The translations under genes were made by a program, and so were the position numbers. A DNA stretch of 64,000 nucleotides, taken from assembly GCA_050295515.1 (NCBI GenBank), contig JBNKPU010000043.1, positions 2,398-66,397 of the forward strand. The letters are read 5' to 3'. How positions within the stretch are numbered: the stretch's first letter is position 1; each line of letters opens with the position of its first letter. Positions 33,131 through 43,881 of the stretch are shown one piece after another. Below the pieces are notes generated by a model. That model searched no databases and was not told where the DNA came from. It was given only the letters and a program-made list of their open reading frames with translations. Origin of the DNA: Bacteroidales bacterium (GTDB taxonomy: Bacteria; Bacteroidota; Bacteroidia; Bacteroidales; UBA10428).

Positions 33131-33157
33131 CAAATATAATGAACATATGTTCATTAT
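33131..33157 (-). promoter_or_regulatory. Candidate -7 box overlapped by a perfect 22-bp palindrome (operator) in front of the DUF134 operon
   Basis: The minus strand reads ATAATGAACATATGTTCATTATATTTG. The palindrome occupies 33136-33157 and the TATATTTG -7 box occupies 33131-33138, 17 nt upstream of the start codon. Confidence 0.5.
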
Positions 33158-33187
33158 GCAATTAAATTTTAATATAGTTTAGAAATG

Positions 33188-33353
33188 TTAAATCCGGATT
33201 ATGTATTAGAACTTCGTTATGAAGGTTGAAAGTGCAAAAATAAAAGGACTTGGAGAGATGAATCATAGCACCGCTATGGTGATTTGAAACAAGTAAGTGA
33301 AACGACTTATATTGAAGCAATTTCAATTTTCTAATGCATATTTCGGGTTAAAT
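33188..33353 (-). repeat. About 166-bp repeat element with terminal inverted repeats, copy B (inverted relative to copy A)
   Basis: Its reverse complement aligns to 23771-23946 across the full length. Confidence 0.8.
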
Positions 33354-33424
33354 CTGTAGAAAAATAATGCAAATCATAATCCCCAGCTATGAAAATAAAT
33401 TATTTTTAGGCAAATAAATATTAC

Positions 33425-34294
33425 ATGTTAAAACTAGTTATAGCACTTGCATTAATTGCATTTATCATATATCTCATTTTCAAGGAAAAGTCCAAAACCT
33501 ATAAACCCGAACCTTTTCCAGAATCTTGGAAAGATATTTTAAAGCGGAATATCAGGTTTTACAATGAACTTAATGAACAAGAGAAAAAACAATTTGAAAA
33601 GCGTGTTCAGTTATTCTTGCATACTACAATAATTACTGGTGTTCAAACCGAAATTTCTGATCTGGAAAGGCTTTTGGTAGCTTCAAGTGCAATTATTCCG
33701 GTTTTTGCCTTCCAAAACTGGCAATATATAAACCTGAACGAAGTGTTGCTTTACCCTTCTGCATTTCACGAAGATTTTAATACAAATGAGCCTAGTGGCT
33801 CAATTCTTGGGATGGTAGGTACAGGTACAATGGAAGGCAAAATGATTCTCTCAAAGCCAGCTTTAATACAAGGTTTTAAAAATGACAAGGATAAAAAAAA
33901 TGTTGGCATTCACGAATTTGCACACCTGATTGATAAATCAGATGGGATTATCGATGGTATTCCTTCGGCCTTAATTGGTAAAGAATTTGCCCTTCCATGG
34001 TTGGAACATATACGACTTAAAATGGAAGAAATTCATGAGCTGAAGTCTGATATTAACAGTTACGGTGGTGTGGCAAAGGAAGAATTCTTCCCGGTTATTA
34101 CAGAATATTTTTTTGAGCGTCCTAAATTACTTCAATCCAAACATCCAGAATTATATAACATGTTAAATGAAATATTTACCACTGACCTGGCAAAAAAATA
34201 CAAATTGGAAACCAAACCTGGAAAAATTGGAAGGAATGACTTCTGCCCTTGTGGCAGTGGCAAAAAATACAAACACTGTTGTCTATCTAATTAG
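33425..34294 (+). CDS. Membrane-anchored M90/MtfA-like zinc peptidase with SEC-C motif
   Basis: N-terminal TM helix, HEFAHLID zinc motif and a C-terminal CPCGSGKKYKHCC. Confidence 0.75.
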   Translation: MLKLVIALALIAFIIYLIFKEKSKTYKPEPFPESWKDILKRNIRFYNELNEQEKKQFEKRVQLFLHTTIITGVQTEISDLERLLVASSAIIPVFAFQNWQYINLNEVLLYPSAFHEDFNTNEPSGSILGMVGTGTMEGKMILSKPALIQGFKNDKDKKNVGIHEFAHLIDKSDGIIDGIPSALIGKEFALPWLEHIRLKMEEIHELKSDINSYGGVAKEEFFPVITEYFFERPKLLQSKHPELYNMLNEIFTTDLAKKYKLETKPGKIGRNDFCPCGSGKKYKHCCLSN

Positions 34295-35669
34295 CCTGCT
34301 CGTTTTTATCTAAAGTAATTCTGGGAATGATAAAATAAAAAGTTGTTCCAACACCTGATTCAGATTCAAGCCAAATTCGTCCACCCAAGTGAAAAATTAA
34401 AGTAGAACTTATAGATAGTCCCAGACCAGTACCTTCTTTAAAGTCGTCCTCTTTATGAAATCGGATAAAGATATCTTTCTGTTTCTCCTTACGGATTCCA
34501 ATTCCAGTATCCTTAACAAAAAACTGATAGTAATCTTTGTGAGCTGATTCCATTATACCAAAACCAACCTCTCCCTCATGCGTAAATTTAAAAGCATTTA
34601 ATATCAGGTTGGTAAATATTTGGAAAAGTTTCTCTTTATCGGTATATATTCTTTGAGATATAAGATTCTCATCACCATAAACAGCATAATTTACCCCTTT
34701 TGGACAACGATGCTTGTGCTGTTCCAATACTGTATCCAAAATATCGACTATCGCAAAAACCTGATGCTCAACTGCAATTGTTCCCAGCTCTATTTTTGAA
34801 TATTCAATGGTGTTGTGAATAATTTGCAATAACTGCTCGCTGCTTTTTCTGATGTTTTCCAGATATCGTTGCCTCTTTTCTTCTGTGGGCTTTGTATACA
34901 TCATTATTTCTGTAAAACCCATTATTGCATTCATTGGTGTACGGAATTCGTGGCTCACATTAGCCAAGAATGAGGATTTAAGTTGGTCCGATTCTTCAGC
35001 TCTCATTTTTGCTTCAATCAACCTTTCGCTTTTCTTTTTAAGTTTATTCCGTAGTTTATTCTCAATATCGATCGACTTGTGTAAGCCTTCTACAAAATAT
35101 GCTAAAGCTGATGAGATTATACCATTAAGAATAATAAAGTTTATAGAAACAACAATCCATCTTTTTAATAGATAGGCTTTGAAGAAAACAAAATCAAGAG
35201 GATGAAAAGCAAGCAATACAGCCAAGCTGATTAATGTAATAGCATTAATAGCAATACTAACCTTTGCATAATTTAAACCTAGAAAAGCAGCTGCAATTAC
35301 TGAAAATCCTAAGAGGTAAATCAATCCTGTGCCATAAGGCCCATTATATAATAAGAGTATTACGCCTAGTGCATATAACAATATAAGAATGATTGAAATT
35401 CTTAAGAATGATTTAATTTTATGAATAAATAAAAGTACTCCTAATGAACAAATAACCAGCGTATCGATAACTACAACTAAGTATTGTTCTTCAACAAATG
35501 CAAGAAGTATACTGGGTAAATACGCCAAAAATCCAATAGAAACTATTATTTCAATACTTACAAGAAATAGTTTTTCCTGTAAATAAACTAATCCACTACT
35601 CTCTGTTACTCCACGTTTAAGAAGCAACCTATCGTTCCATGAGCCAATTCTGTTTAAAAGTTTCTTCAT
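34287..35669 (-). CDS. Polytopic membrane sensor histidine kinase
   Basis: About 6 N-terminal TM helices, H-box VSHEFRTPMN, and HATPase G boxes (DTGIGI, GTGLGLS). Confidence 0.85.
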   Translation of the reverse strand: MKKLLNRIGSWNDRLLLKRGVTESSGLVYLQEKLFLVSIEIIVSIGFLAYLPSILLAFVEEQYLVVVIDTLVICSLGVLLFIHKIKSFLRISIILILLYALGVILLLYNGPYGTGLIYLLGFSVIAAAFLGLNYAKVSIAINAITLISLAVLLAFHPLDFVFFKAYLLKRWIVVSINFIILNGIISSALAYFVEGLHKSIDIENKLRNKLKKKSERLIEAKMRAEESDQLKSSFLANVSHEFRTPMNAIMGFTEIMMYTKPTEEKRQRYLENIRKSSEQLLQIIHNTIEYSKIELGTIAVEHQVFAIVDILDTVLEQHKHRCPKGVNYAVYGDENLISQRIYTDKEKLFQIFTNLILNAFKFTHEGEVGFGIMESAHKDYYQFFVKDTGIGIRKEKQKDIFIRFHKEDDFKEGTGLGLSISSTLIFHLGGRIWLESESGVGTTFYFIIPRITLDKNEQAN

Positions 35670-35754
35670 TTAAGTAGACAGAAATAATAGGTATCAAGAT
35701 ACTAAAAATATAATAAAATTATTACTATTGAGGTTTTAAAGGCTGATTGTTTAT

Positions 35755-35762
35755 TAAGTTTG
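35755..35762 (+). promoter_or_regulatory. Candidate -7 box TAAGTTTG
   Basis: Matches TAnnTTTG, 5 nt upstream of ATG 35767 (near-leaderless). Confidence 0.4.
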
Positions 35763-35766
35763 CCAA

Positions 35767-36156
35767 ATGAAATTTCTTCAACTCATAAAATTATATTACA
35801 AAACAATAATTTGGGTTATAATTATGAGCTATTTATTGTTTTCACCTGGAAGTACCCTTCCTAAAACAAGGCTTCTGGATGTGCCTCATGGTGATAAAAT
35901 AATCCATTTTAGTATGTTTGGGATTTTTTGCTTAGTCTGGCTCAATGATTCAAAATCAATAGCCAAAAAAATTACATACTCTGTATTGGTTTCTGCTGTT
36001 GTTTTTGCTGGATTAAGCGAAATTATTCAAGGTTTATTTATTTCGGGCAGGACTGGAAATATTTATGATTTTGCAGCTGATTTACTAGGTTTAGTCTTGG
36101 GATTGGTTTTATATTCTATTATCCTAAGCAAATATCATCTATATAGAAAATCCTGA
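35767..36156 (+). CDS. VanZ-family membrane protein
   Basis: 129 aa with 4 TM helices and VanZ-like motifs (DKIIHF..., SEIIQG, DFAADLLG). Confidence 0.7.
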   Translation: MKFLQLIKLYYKTIIWVIIMSYLLFSPGSTLPKTRLLDVPHGDKIIHFSMFGIFCLVWLNDSKSIAKKITYSVLVSAVVFAGLSEIIQGLFISGRTGNIYDFAADLLGLVLGLVLYSIILSKYHLYRKS

Positions 36157-36170
36157 TTGTTCTTTATTGT

Positions 36171-36653
36171 TTAAGCACAAGGTATTTTGTCTATCCTCGC
36201 TTTGTGCCTTCCTCCATCAAAAGGTGTATTTAAAAATACTTCAATCATTTCGATAGCTGCTTCTTGCGAAACAAAACGCGCAGGCAGAGCAATTATATTG
36301 GCATTGTTATGGGCTCTGGCAAGTCTAGCAATCTCAGTATTCCAACACAACGCTGATCGAATACCCTGGTGCTTATTGACGGTAATATTAATACCATTGC
36401 CACTACCACATATTGAGATACCTAATATATCCATGCCTTTTTCAACAGCTTCTGCTAAAGGATGAGCGTAATCGGGATAGTCAACACTTCCTTCTTGATA
36501 AGGACCTAAATCTTCTACGTCATGATGCTTGCTTTTCAAGTATGAAACCAATACTTCTTTAAGTTCATAACCCGCATGATCACTAGCAATTACAATTTTC
36601 ATTCCAATTAATTTTTGCCACGAAGATAAAAAAAATGTTGTTCTTCCTATCAA
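36171..36653 (-). CDS. rpiB: Ribose-5-phosphate isomerase B
   Basis: MKIVIASDHAGYELK...ICGSGNGI...RAHNNANI pattern. The true start is probably ATG 36602. Confidence 0.9.
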   Translation of the reverse strand: MIGRTTFFLSSWQKLIGMKIVIASDHAGYELKEVLVSYLKSKHHDVEDLGPYQEGSVDYPDYAHPLAEAVEKGMDILGISICGSGNGINITVNKHQGIRSALCWNTEIARLARAHNNANIIALPARFVSQEAAIEMIEVFLNTPFDGGRHKARIDKIPCA

Positions 36654-36889
36654 TTAACAGATTGTTATTAATCAATGTTTATTCCTTGTTAATTCTTTTC
36701 AATATTTTCTGATAAAAATTACTTGGTTTTTTGATATTAGTAATGCATACAGAACATTTATTAAAATGTCAAGTGCAATAAACCATTAGTTCTTGTCATT
36801 TATTAGCAAGGTTTTTAACAATAAAAACCTGTTAATAACCCGTATTTTTTTTAGCATTTTAACAATTAACAATATGTTAATTATGATGA

Positions 36890-36905
36890 GAAAATCATGA
36901 TTTTC
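36890..36905. promoter_or_regulatory. Perfect 16-bp palindrome GAAAATCATGATTTTC upstream of nadA
   Basis: Seen in a 400-bp AT-rich intergenic region, about 150 nt upstream of the nadA ATG. Confidence 0.3.
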
Positions 36906-37053
36906 AGTAATTTTGTAGTTTAATAAAATGTTGATTGGTGTGTTGATGGACTATTAGTTATTTTTATCCAAGCATTTAGTTAAAAAAATATGAACACTAT
37001 AAACAGCCTATCATCATCATCATTTATTTTTAAAATTAACTCTAATATTATTT

Positions 37054-38049
37054 ATGATTAATTTAAAAGATGTTGAAGATTTCGGTTTTTTGAAAATTGA
37101 TATTGACAAAAATATTGATTTAGATGTTGAAATCAGAAGATTATGTGCAGAGAAAAATGCTGTAATTCTTGGTCATTACTATCAATCAGGAGATATACAA
37201 GATATTGCTGATTTTATCGGTGATAGTTTAGCATTGGCTCAACAAGCAGCAAGCACAACTGCAGATATTATTCTTTTTAGTGGAGTTCATTTCATGGCAG
37301 AAACTGCAAAAATACTTTCTCCTGAAAAGAAAGTACTTTTACCAGATATGAAAGCTGGCTGTTCTCTTGCAGACAGCTGTGACCCTGATGAATTTCAAAA
37401 ATTTGTTGAATCAAATCCTGATCATACTGTTATAAGCTATGTTAATACTTCTGCGAAGATAAAGGCATTAACTGATATCATCTGCACATCTACCAATGCA
37501 TTACAGATAGTAAATAGTCTGCCAAAAGATGAAAAGATTATTTTTGCTCCTGACCGTAATTTAGGGAATTACATTCAGAGCCAAACAGGTCGGGACATGT
37601 TAATATGGGATGGAGCATGCCATGTTCATGAGCTATTTTCCCTTGAACGAATACTTGATTTAAAAAAGGAGAATCCGGATGCTAAAATTATTGCGCATCC
37701 AGAATGCCAGAAACCAATATTACTTGTATCAGAATTTATTGGAAGTACTGCTGCTTTGTTAAAATTTGTTCAAAAAGATAAAGCAAATAGCTATATTGTT
37801 GCTACTGAATCAGGTATATTGCATCAAATGATAAAAGCTTGTCCTGAAAAGAAATTTATTGCTGCACCTCCTAAGGATTCTACTTGTGGATGTAATGATT
37901 GCAATTTCATGAAACTTAATACACGTGAGAAAATTTATAATGCTTTAAAATATGAGCAACCTGAACTTTTAATGGATGAGGACTTGAGAAAAAAAGCTGA
38001 GGTTTCTATTAGAAGAATGTTAGAGCTATCTGAAAAACTTGGTTTATAA
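37054..38049 (+). CDS. nadA: Quinolinate synthase
   Basis: Typical NadA sequence (LGHYYQ...VHFMAETAKIL...CSLADSC...GACHVHE...CGCNDC). Confidence 0.95.
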   Translation: MINLKDVEDFGFLKIDIDKNIDLDVEIRRLCAEKNAVILGHYYQSGDIQDIADFIGDSLALAQQAASTTADIILFSGVHFMAETAKILSPEKKVLLPDMKAGCSLADSCDPDEFQKFVESNPDHTVISYVNTSAKIKALTDIICTSTNALQIVNSLPKDEKIIFAPDRNLGNYIQSQTGRDMLIWDGACHVHELFSLERILDLKKENPDAKIIAHPECQKPILLVSEFIGSTAALLKFVQKDKANSYIVATESGILHQMIKACPEKKFIAAPPKDSTCGCNDCNFMKLNTREKIYNALKYEQPELLMDEDLRKKAEVSIRRMLELSEKLGL

Positions 38050-38054
38050 TATCT

Positions 38055-39614
38055 ATGAAAAAATTTTTACTCATACTTTTCATTTTTGCTCCTGTATTTC
38101 TTTTTGCTCAGGATAAACAAATTAATCCTAACGGATATAATAAGATCTATTATCCGAATGGTAGTTTACAAAGTGAAGGTAATCTTATTAATGGGCAACC
38201 TGAGGGGTATTGGATTAATTATTATCCTACAGGTGTTGTTAAGTCTGAAGGTAGAAGAAAGAACTTTAAGTTGGACAGTATATGGATTTTTTATTCTATA
38301 ACCGGAGATACGCTTAAAAAAATTAACTTTTTGAATGGAAAAAAGAATGGTTATTATTATGAATATTTTACTAAAGCAGATAATCCAAATAATATTGGAA
38401 ATTTAAAATCTAAGGAGTTATATGTTGCTGATATGAAAGCTGGACCTAGTTTTTATTATTATGAAGATGGTAAATTAAAAGAGAAATTTACGTATGAAAA
38501 TAATAAACGGGAAGGATATGGAACTGAATATGCAAAGGATGGACGAATTGTTACCTTATATAAATATAGAAAAGGTACTTTGTTAGAAAAAGAGAAAATA
38601 AATCGTTATGATAAAGAAGGTAATAAAAATCTTGTTTGGAAGGATTTCTATGACGGTTTAAAGGTCAAATCAGAGAAATATTATATTAATGGAGCTTTAG
38701 ATGGGTATTATAAAGAATATGACAAAAGTGGTTCATTAGTTTTAACTCATTTATATCGCGATGGTAAAATGATCCAAGATTTAACTGAATCTGAAACTCA
38801 GTCTACTGAGAAAATTGAATATTTTGATGATGGGACTATAAAATCTAGTGGTTTTTATGTTAATGATAAGCCTACTGGTTTGCATAAACAATATTCTAAA
38901 GAGGGTAATACTATTAAGGCCAAGATATTCAATGATTATTCAACAATTGTTGCTGAAGGATATGTTGATGATAATGGAAATAAAATTGGTACCTGGAAAG
39001 AATATAACCAGGAAGGTATTCTAAAAGCCACAGGGAAGTATTCTGAAAACCGAAAGACTGGAAGTTGGGAATATTATTTTGACAATGGTCAAATTGAACA
39101 GATTGGTGATTATGTAAAAGGAAAATATAATGGTTTATGGACTTTTTATTATTCAAATGGTGAAATATGGAAAGAAGAAGAATATTTTAATGGTTTAGAG
39201 GAAGGTGAATATACTGAGTATGATGAATTCGGCAATATTTTGGTTCAAGGAGAATATTTTGATGGGGAGAAGGAAGGAAAATGGACCACTCAAATTAATG
39301 ACAATCGTGCAGAAGGTAAATATGTTACCGGTTTAATGGATGGAAAATGGAAACAGTTTTATGACAATGGCAGTTTAAGGTTTGAAGGAAGTTATATTCA
39401 AGGGAGGCCTGAAGGTAAACATAAGTATTATTATGCTAACGGAAACTTAAAGGAGGAACAATTTTATTCATCAGGCCTACGCCAAAAGAATTGGAAGAAA
39501 TATAGTGAGGAAGGAATCCTTAAAATTACAATAACCTATCAAAATGACGTAGAATACCGAATTAATGGTATTAAGGTTGATCTTGGAGATGGTTTGCCTA
39601 CAGTTATAAATTAG
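38055..39614 (+). CDS. MORN-repeat-variant (YwqK-like) secreted repeat protein
   Basis: Signal peptide followed by many G-x-W-x-x-Y-Y-x-N-G repeats. Confidence 0.8.
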   Translation: MKKFLLILFIFAPVFLFAQDKQINPNGYNKIYYPNGSLQSEGNLINGQPEGYWINYYPTGVVKSEGRRKNFKLDSIWIFYSITGDTLKKINFLNGKKNGYYYEYFTKADNPNNIGNLKSKELYVADMKAGPSFYYYEDGKLKEKFTYENNKREGYGTEYAKDGRIVTLYKYRKGTLLEKEKINRYDKEGNKNLVWKDFYDGLKVKSEKYYINGALDGYYKEYDKSGSLVLTHLYRDGKMIQDLTESETQSTEKIEYFDDGTIKSSGFYVNDKPTGLHKQYSKEGNTIKAKIFNDYSTIVAEGYVDDNGNKIGTWKEYNQEGILKATGKYSENRKTGSWEYYFDNGQIEQIGDYVKGKYNGLWTFYYSNGEIWKEEEYFNGLEEGEYTEYDEFGNILVQGEYFDGEKEGKWTTQINDNRAEGKYVTGLMDGKWKQFYDNGSLRFEGSYIQGRPEGKHKYYYANGNLKEEQFYSSGLRQKNWKKYSEEGILKITITYQNDVEYRINGIKVDLGDGLPTVIN

Positions 39615-39616
39615 AT

Positions 39617-40636
39617 ATGAAGGAAGATTTTGATATTAGAGCTGAACAGCTTAGAGAGAGTTTTGAACGTGATAATATAATAAGACCCAAATATTTATCT
39701 GAATTTAAAGGACAAGAAAAAATTTCTGAAAACCTTAAAATTTTTATTCAAGCTGCAAAACTTAGAAATGAACCGCTTGATCATGTTCTTTTATCTGGAC
39801 CTCCGGGACTTGGAAAAACTTCATTAGCGAATATTATTTCTAATGAACTTGAAAGTAGTATTAAAATAACTTCCGGTCCTGTATTGGAAAAAGCAGGAGA
39901 TCTAGCTGGAATTCTTACAAATCTTGAAGAAGGTGATATTTTGTTTATTGATGAAATACACCGGATTAGCTCTGTGGTAGAGGAGTTTTTGTATTCTGCT
40001 ATGGAAGATTTCGTTATTGATATTATGATTGATAAAGGTCCTAATGCAAGAAGTATTCAGTTAAATTTAAATCAATTTACTCTAATTGGTGCAACGACTC
40101 GATCTGGATTATTGACAAGTCCACTTAGGAGCAGATTTGGTATTAATGCGCATTTCGAATATTACGATATAGCTACGCTTTCTGGCATTGTTATAAGATC
40201 AGCAAAAATATTGGATGTACCTATCGAAAAAGATGCTGCTATTGAAATTGCGAGACGCTCCCGTGGCACCCCTCGAATTGTTAATGCTTTACTCAGAAGA
40301 GTGCGGGATTTTGCTCAGGTTAAAGGAACTGGAATAATCAATAATGATATTGCTCTTTATGCACTGGAAGCACTTAATATTGACAATAAGGGCTTGGATG
40401 ATATGGACAACAAAATATTAAATGCAATTATTGATAAATTTAGTGGAGGTCCGGTTGGCCTTTCAACAATAGGTACTGCTATTGGTGAAGATTCTGGTAC
40501 GATAGAAGACGTATATGAGCCATTTTTGATCAAGGAGGGGTTCTTAAAAAGAACGCCCAGGGGTCGTGAAGCTACTGAATTAGCTTATAAACACCTGGGC
40601 AAAAATTTTTATGGCTCTGAACAAAGTCTATTTTAA
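39617..40636 (+). CDS. ruvB: Holliday junction branch migration helicase RuvB
   Basis: Walker [17 protein letters not shown], and the RGTPRI sensor region. Confidence 0.97.
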   Translation: MKEDFDIRAEQLRESFERDNIIRPKYLSEFKGQEKISENLKIFIQAAKLRNEPLDHVLLSGPPGLGKTSLANIISNELESSIKITSGPVLEKAGDLAGILTNLEEGDILFIDEIHRISSVVEEFLYSAMEDFVIDIMIDKGPNARSIQLNLNQFTLIGATTRSGLLTSPLRSRFGINAHFEYYDIATLSGIVIRSAKILDVPIEKDAAIEIARRSRGTPRIVNALLRRVRDFAQVKGTGIINNDIALYALEALNIDNKGLDDMDNKILNAIIDKFSGGPVGLSTIGTAIGEDSGTIEDVYEPFLIKEGFLKRTPRGREATELAYKHLGKNFYGSEQSLF

Positions 40637-41653
40637 TTAGAACTTTGAAAATTGTTTTAGAAACCTAATATCATTTTCGAAAAAATAGCGAATATCTTTC
40701 ACTTGGTATTTAAGCATTGCAATTCGTTCTATTCCCATTCCAAATGCAAATCCAGTATATTTTTTGCTATCGATATCAGAAAGTTCCAGTACATTAGGAT
40801 CTACCATTCCACAACCTAGTATTTCTAAATACCCGGTATATTTACATACATTACATCCTTTTCCTCCACAGATTGAACATGAGACATCCATTTCTGCTGA
40901 TGGTTCAGTAAATGGAAAAAATGAAGGACGTAAGCGAATCGATGTATCTGGACCAAAAAATTCTTTTGCAAAGATTAATAGTGTCTGTTTTAAGTCTGCA
41001 AACGACACATCTGTATCTATATATAAGCCTTCTATCTGATGAAATATACAATGTGACCTAGCCGATATTGCCTCATTTCTGAATACACGGCCTGGAAATA
41101 ATTGTCTAAGTGGTGGATTATTTTTTTCCATTACCCGCACTTGTACAGACGATGTATGTGTTCTCAATAGAATATCAGGTTTTTTGCTTATGAAAAATGT
41201 ATCTTGCATATCCCTGGCTGGATGCTCCTCTGGAAAATTTAGTCCTGAAAATACGTGCCAATCATCTTCAATTTCAGGTCCTTCTGCAATTGTAAAACCT
41301 AATCTTGAAAATATGTCGATAATTTCTCTTCTGACTGTTGAAATTGGATGCCTGTTGCCTGTATTTATTGGTTCAACGGATTTAGTATAATCTTCTGAAG
41401 AAGCTACCAGACTTAATATTTCAATAGTTTCTTTTGAGGAACTGAACTTATCCTGAGCCAATTGTTTTACATTGTTGATCAATTGGCCTATTGCTTTACG
41501 GTCTTCTTGAGGTACATTTTTGAAATCAGCAAATAACTTATTTAATTCCCCTTTTTTGCTTAAATAAGATAATCTGAAAGATTCCAAATCCTCTTTGGTT
41601 TGTATTTGTATATCTTGAATACCAGATATCAAAGTTTTAATTCTTTCTTTCAT
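40637..41653 (-). CDS. pheS: Phenylalanine--tRNA ligase alpha subunit
   Basis: Class II aaRS motifs (HPARDMQDTF, FRNEAISARSH, GFAFGMGIERIAM). Confidence 0.97.
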   Translation of the reverse strand: MKERIKTLISGIQDIQIQTKEDLESFRLSYLSKKGELNKLFADFKNVPQEDRKAIGQLINNVKQLAQDKFSSSKETIEILSLVASSEDYTKSVEPINTGNRHPISTVRREIIDIFSRLGFTIAEGPEIEDDWHVFSGLNFPEEHPARDMQDTFFISKKPDILLRTHTSSVQVRVMEKNNPPLRQLFPGRVFRNEAISARSHCIFHQIEGLYIDTDVSFADLKQTLLIFAKEFFGPDTSIRLRPSFFPFTEPSAEMDVSCSICGGKGCNVCKYTGYLEILGCGMVDPNVLELSDIDSKKYTGFAFGMGIERIAMLKYQVKDIRYFFENDIRFLKQFSKF

Positions 41654-42336
41654 TTATTTTTGTTCTTCCTCTTGTTTTTAATCGTATACATCTTAATTAT
41701 TCTTATGTCATTAAGTGGACGGTTTGCTGCATCACCTGGCTCTTTAGAAATTGCATCTACGACTTCAATTCCTTCGTAAACTTCTCCAAATACTGTATAT
41801 TGATAATCTAAATGTGGAGTTCCTCCGATTGTTGAATATACCTCTTTTTGTTCAGGAGAAAAAGGTGGATGCATTTTTGATTTAACAAATTTACTTAGAA
41901 TAGTAGAATCATACTTAACACCTTCCACAATATAAAATTGGGAACCTGATGATGCTTTTGTAGGATTTACATTATCACCTTGTCTGGCAGCTGCTAATGC
42001 TCCCTTTTTATGGTAGTATTCAGAAAAAAATTCTGCTGGAATTGTATATTTTTTTCCGCCTGTTCCTAATCTTTGACCTGGTTTAGCATTTTTAGTTGTA
42101 TTATCACCAGCCTGTATCATAAAATCTTTGATTACGCGATGAAACAAAACATTGTCATAGAATCCTTCTTCTACCAGTTTTATAAAATTTTCTGAATGTT
42201 GGTAAGTATTATCATATAACATAACTTTTAACGTACCTTTTGTTGTTTCTATTACTACATCCGGATATTCATACTGTGAATAGGCTGAAATTCCTACTAT
42301 TAGTGCAAATATTGCTATTGTTAATTTTTTATTCAT
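41650..42336 (-). CDS. Cyclophilin-type peptidyl-prolyl isomerase (secreted)
   Basis: FHRVIKDFMIQAGD...GSQFYI motifs plus a signal peptide. Confidence 0.9.
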   Translation of the reverse strand: MNKKLTIAIFALIVGISAYSQYEYPDVVIETTKGTLKVMLYDNTYQHSENFIKLVEEGFYDNVLFHRVIKDFMIQAGDNTTKNAKPGQRLGTGGKKYTIPAEFFSEYYHKKGALAAARQGDNVNPTKASSGSQFYIVEGVKYDSTILSKFVKSKMHPPFSPEQKEVYSTIGGTPHLDYQYTVFGEVYEGIEVVDAISKEPGDAANRPLNDIRIIKMYTIKNKRKNKNK

Positions 42337-42365
42337 GATAATATTTTTTACAAAAATACTAAATG

Positions 42366-42373
42366 TACTTTTG
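42366..42373 (+). promoter_or_regulatory. Candidate -7 box TACTTTTG
   Basis: Matches TAnnTTTG, 18 nt upstream of the TTG start at 42391. Confidence 0.4.
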
Positions 42374-42390
42374 TAATAAAATTAAAACAT

Positions 42391-43881
42391 TTGCAGACTC
42401 TTAAAAAACTTGCTGGTCAAACGTTAATTTACGGTCTTGGAACCATGCTTCCGAGGTTACTGAATTATTTAATTTTAATACCGTATTTTACGTATAAAGT
42501 CTTTAAGGATGATATCGGTGAGTTTGGTAAACAAACTGAGTTATATGCATATGTTTCTTTCCTTTTGATTTTGCTTACTTATGGTATGGAAACTGCATTT
42601 TTTAGGTTTTATAATAAAGAAAACCATAGAGAAAATCTTTATTCTACTATATTGACTTCCATTTTTGTGACTTCTAGTTTTTTTGTTTTGATAATATTTT
42701 CATTTTTAGATAAAATAAGTTCTTTTTTAGAGTATAGTACTGAGAAAGATTTTGTTTTGATTGTCGCTTTAATTGTTGCTATAGAAGCTTTTACTGCAAT
42801 ACCGTTTGCAAAATTGAGAGTTGAGGAGAAAGCTTCTAAGTTTGCACTTTTCAAGGGTATAAATGTTTTTGTTAATATATTGATAATATTTTTTTTCTAT
42901 AATATATTACCTGCTTTGGGCTATGGTTCCTTTATCTTAAATAGTGCTGGTCATGTTAGTGTTAAATATGTTTTACTTTCTAACCTAATTACTAGTCTGT
43001 TTATCTTATTTCTTTTAATCCCTGAATTAAGGGAATATTCCTTGAAAAAATTTAATTGGGCTTTATTGAAGGATTTGTTAAGGTTTGGTTGGCCATTATT
43101 GATTGCTGGTTTTGCAGGAACTATAAATGAGACTTTCGATAGAGGAATTTTGAAACAACTATTACCTGAAGATCAAGGACTTCATGATGTTGCACTTTAT
43201 GGTGCCAATTATAAAATTGCCGCTTTTGTTCTGTTGTTTATTCAAATGTATAGGTTTGCACTTGAACCATTCTTTTTTAATTATGCTAATAAAAGAGACT
43301 CGAAAAAACAATATGCTGAACTGATGAATTTATTTGTTGGAATTACTGTTACCATGGGTCTTTCTATTTTGGTTTTTTTAGATTATATCAAATATTTCAT
43401 TGATCCTGCGTATCATGAAGGTCTTTTTGTTGTCCCTTATATAATTGTTGCCTATATTTTTAGTGGTATTTATTACAATCATTCAATATGGTTTAAATTA
43501 ACAGACAAAACTATATTCGCCGTTTATATTGCGTCTTTAGGAGCTGCTATTACTATTTTGATTAATGTGTTGTATGTTCCGAAATATAGTTATTTTGCCT
43601 CTGCTATAGCAACTGTTTTTGCTTATGGCATAATGGTTCTGGTTTCATTTTTATTTAGTTTAAAATATTATTACATAAAGTATAATTTAAGGAGAATTTT
43701 CACCTACTTTATTCTGGGAGGATTATTTGTTTTAATAAATTCTTGTATTGATAGTGATAATTTTATTTTTAGATTACTAATAAAAGTTACATTAGTCTCG
43801 ATCTTTATTATTTTTGTAGGTTGGAAAGAAAACTTAGTTAAAAAATTAATTCTGAAAAATAATGAAGGTCAAAATAGTTAA
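42391..43881 (+). CDS. Polysaccharide/oligosaccharide flippase (MOP/Wzx-like)
   Basis: 496 aa with about 12-14 TM helices. The N-terminal [21 protein letters not shown] is typical of the Polysacc_synt family. Confidence 0.8.
   Translation: MQTLKKLAGQTLIYGLGTMLPRLLNYLILIPYFTYKVFKDDIGEFGKQTELYAYVSFLLILLTYGMETAFFRFYNKENHRENLYSTILTSIFVTSSFFVLIIFSFLDKISSFLEYSTEKDFVLIVALIVAIEAFTAIPFAKLRVEEKASKFALFKGINVFVNILIIFFFYNILPALGYGSFILNSAGHVSVKYVLLSNLITSLFILFLLIPELREYSLKKFNWALLKDLLRFGWPLLIAGFAGTINETFDRGILKQLLPEDQGLHDVALYGANYKIAAFVLLFIQMYRFALEPFFFNYANKRDSKKQYAELMNLFVGITVTMGLSILVFLDYIKYFIDPAYHEGLFVVPYIIVAYIFSGIYYNHSIWFKLTDKTIFAVYIASLGAAITILINVLYVPKYSYFASAIATVFAYGIMVLVSFLFSLKYYYIKYNLRRIFTYFILGGLFVLINSCIDSDNFIFRLLIKVTLVSIFIIFVGWKENLVKKLILKNNEGQNS

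Noticed and set aside
38055-39614. Toxin-antitoxin system, suggested by the YwqK-'antitoxin'-like MORN repeats.
   Set aside because: The protein is 519 aa and carries a signal peptide. It has no adjacent toxin gene and is flanked by nadA and ruvB. The family name is a historical annotation, not evidence for a TA module here.
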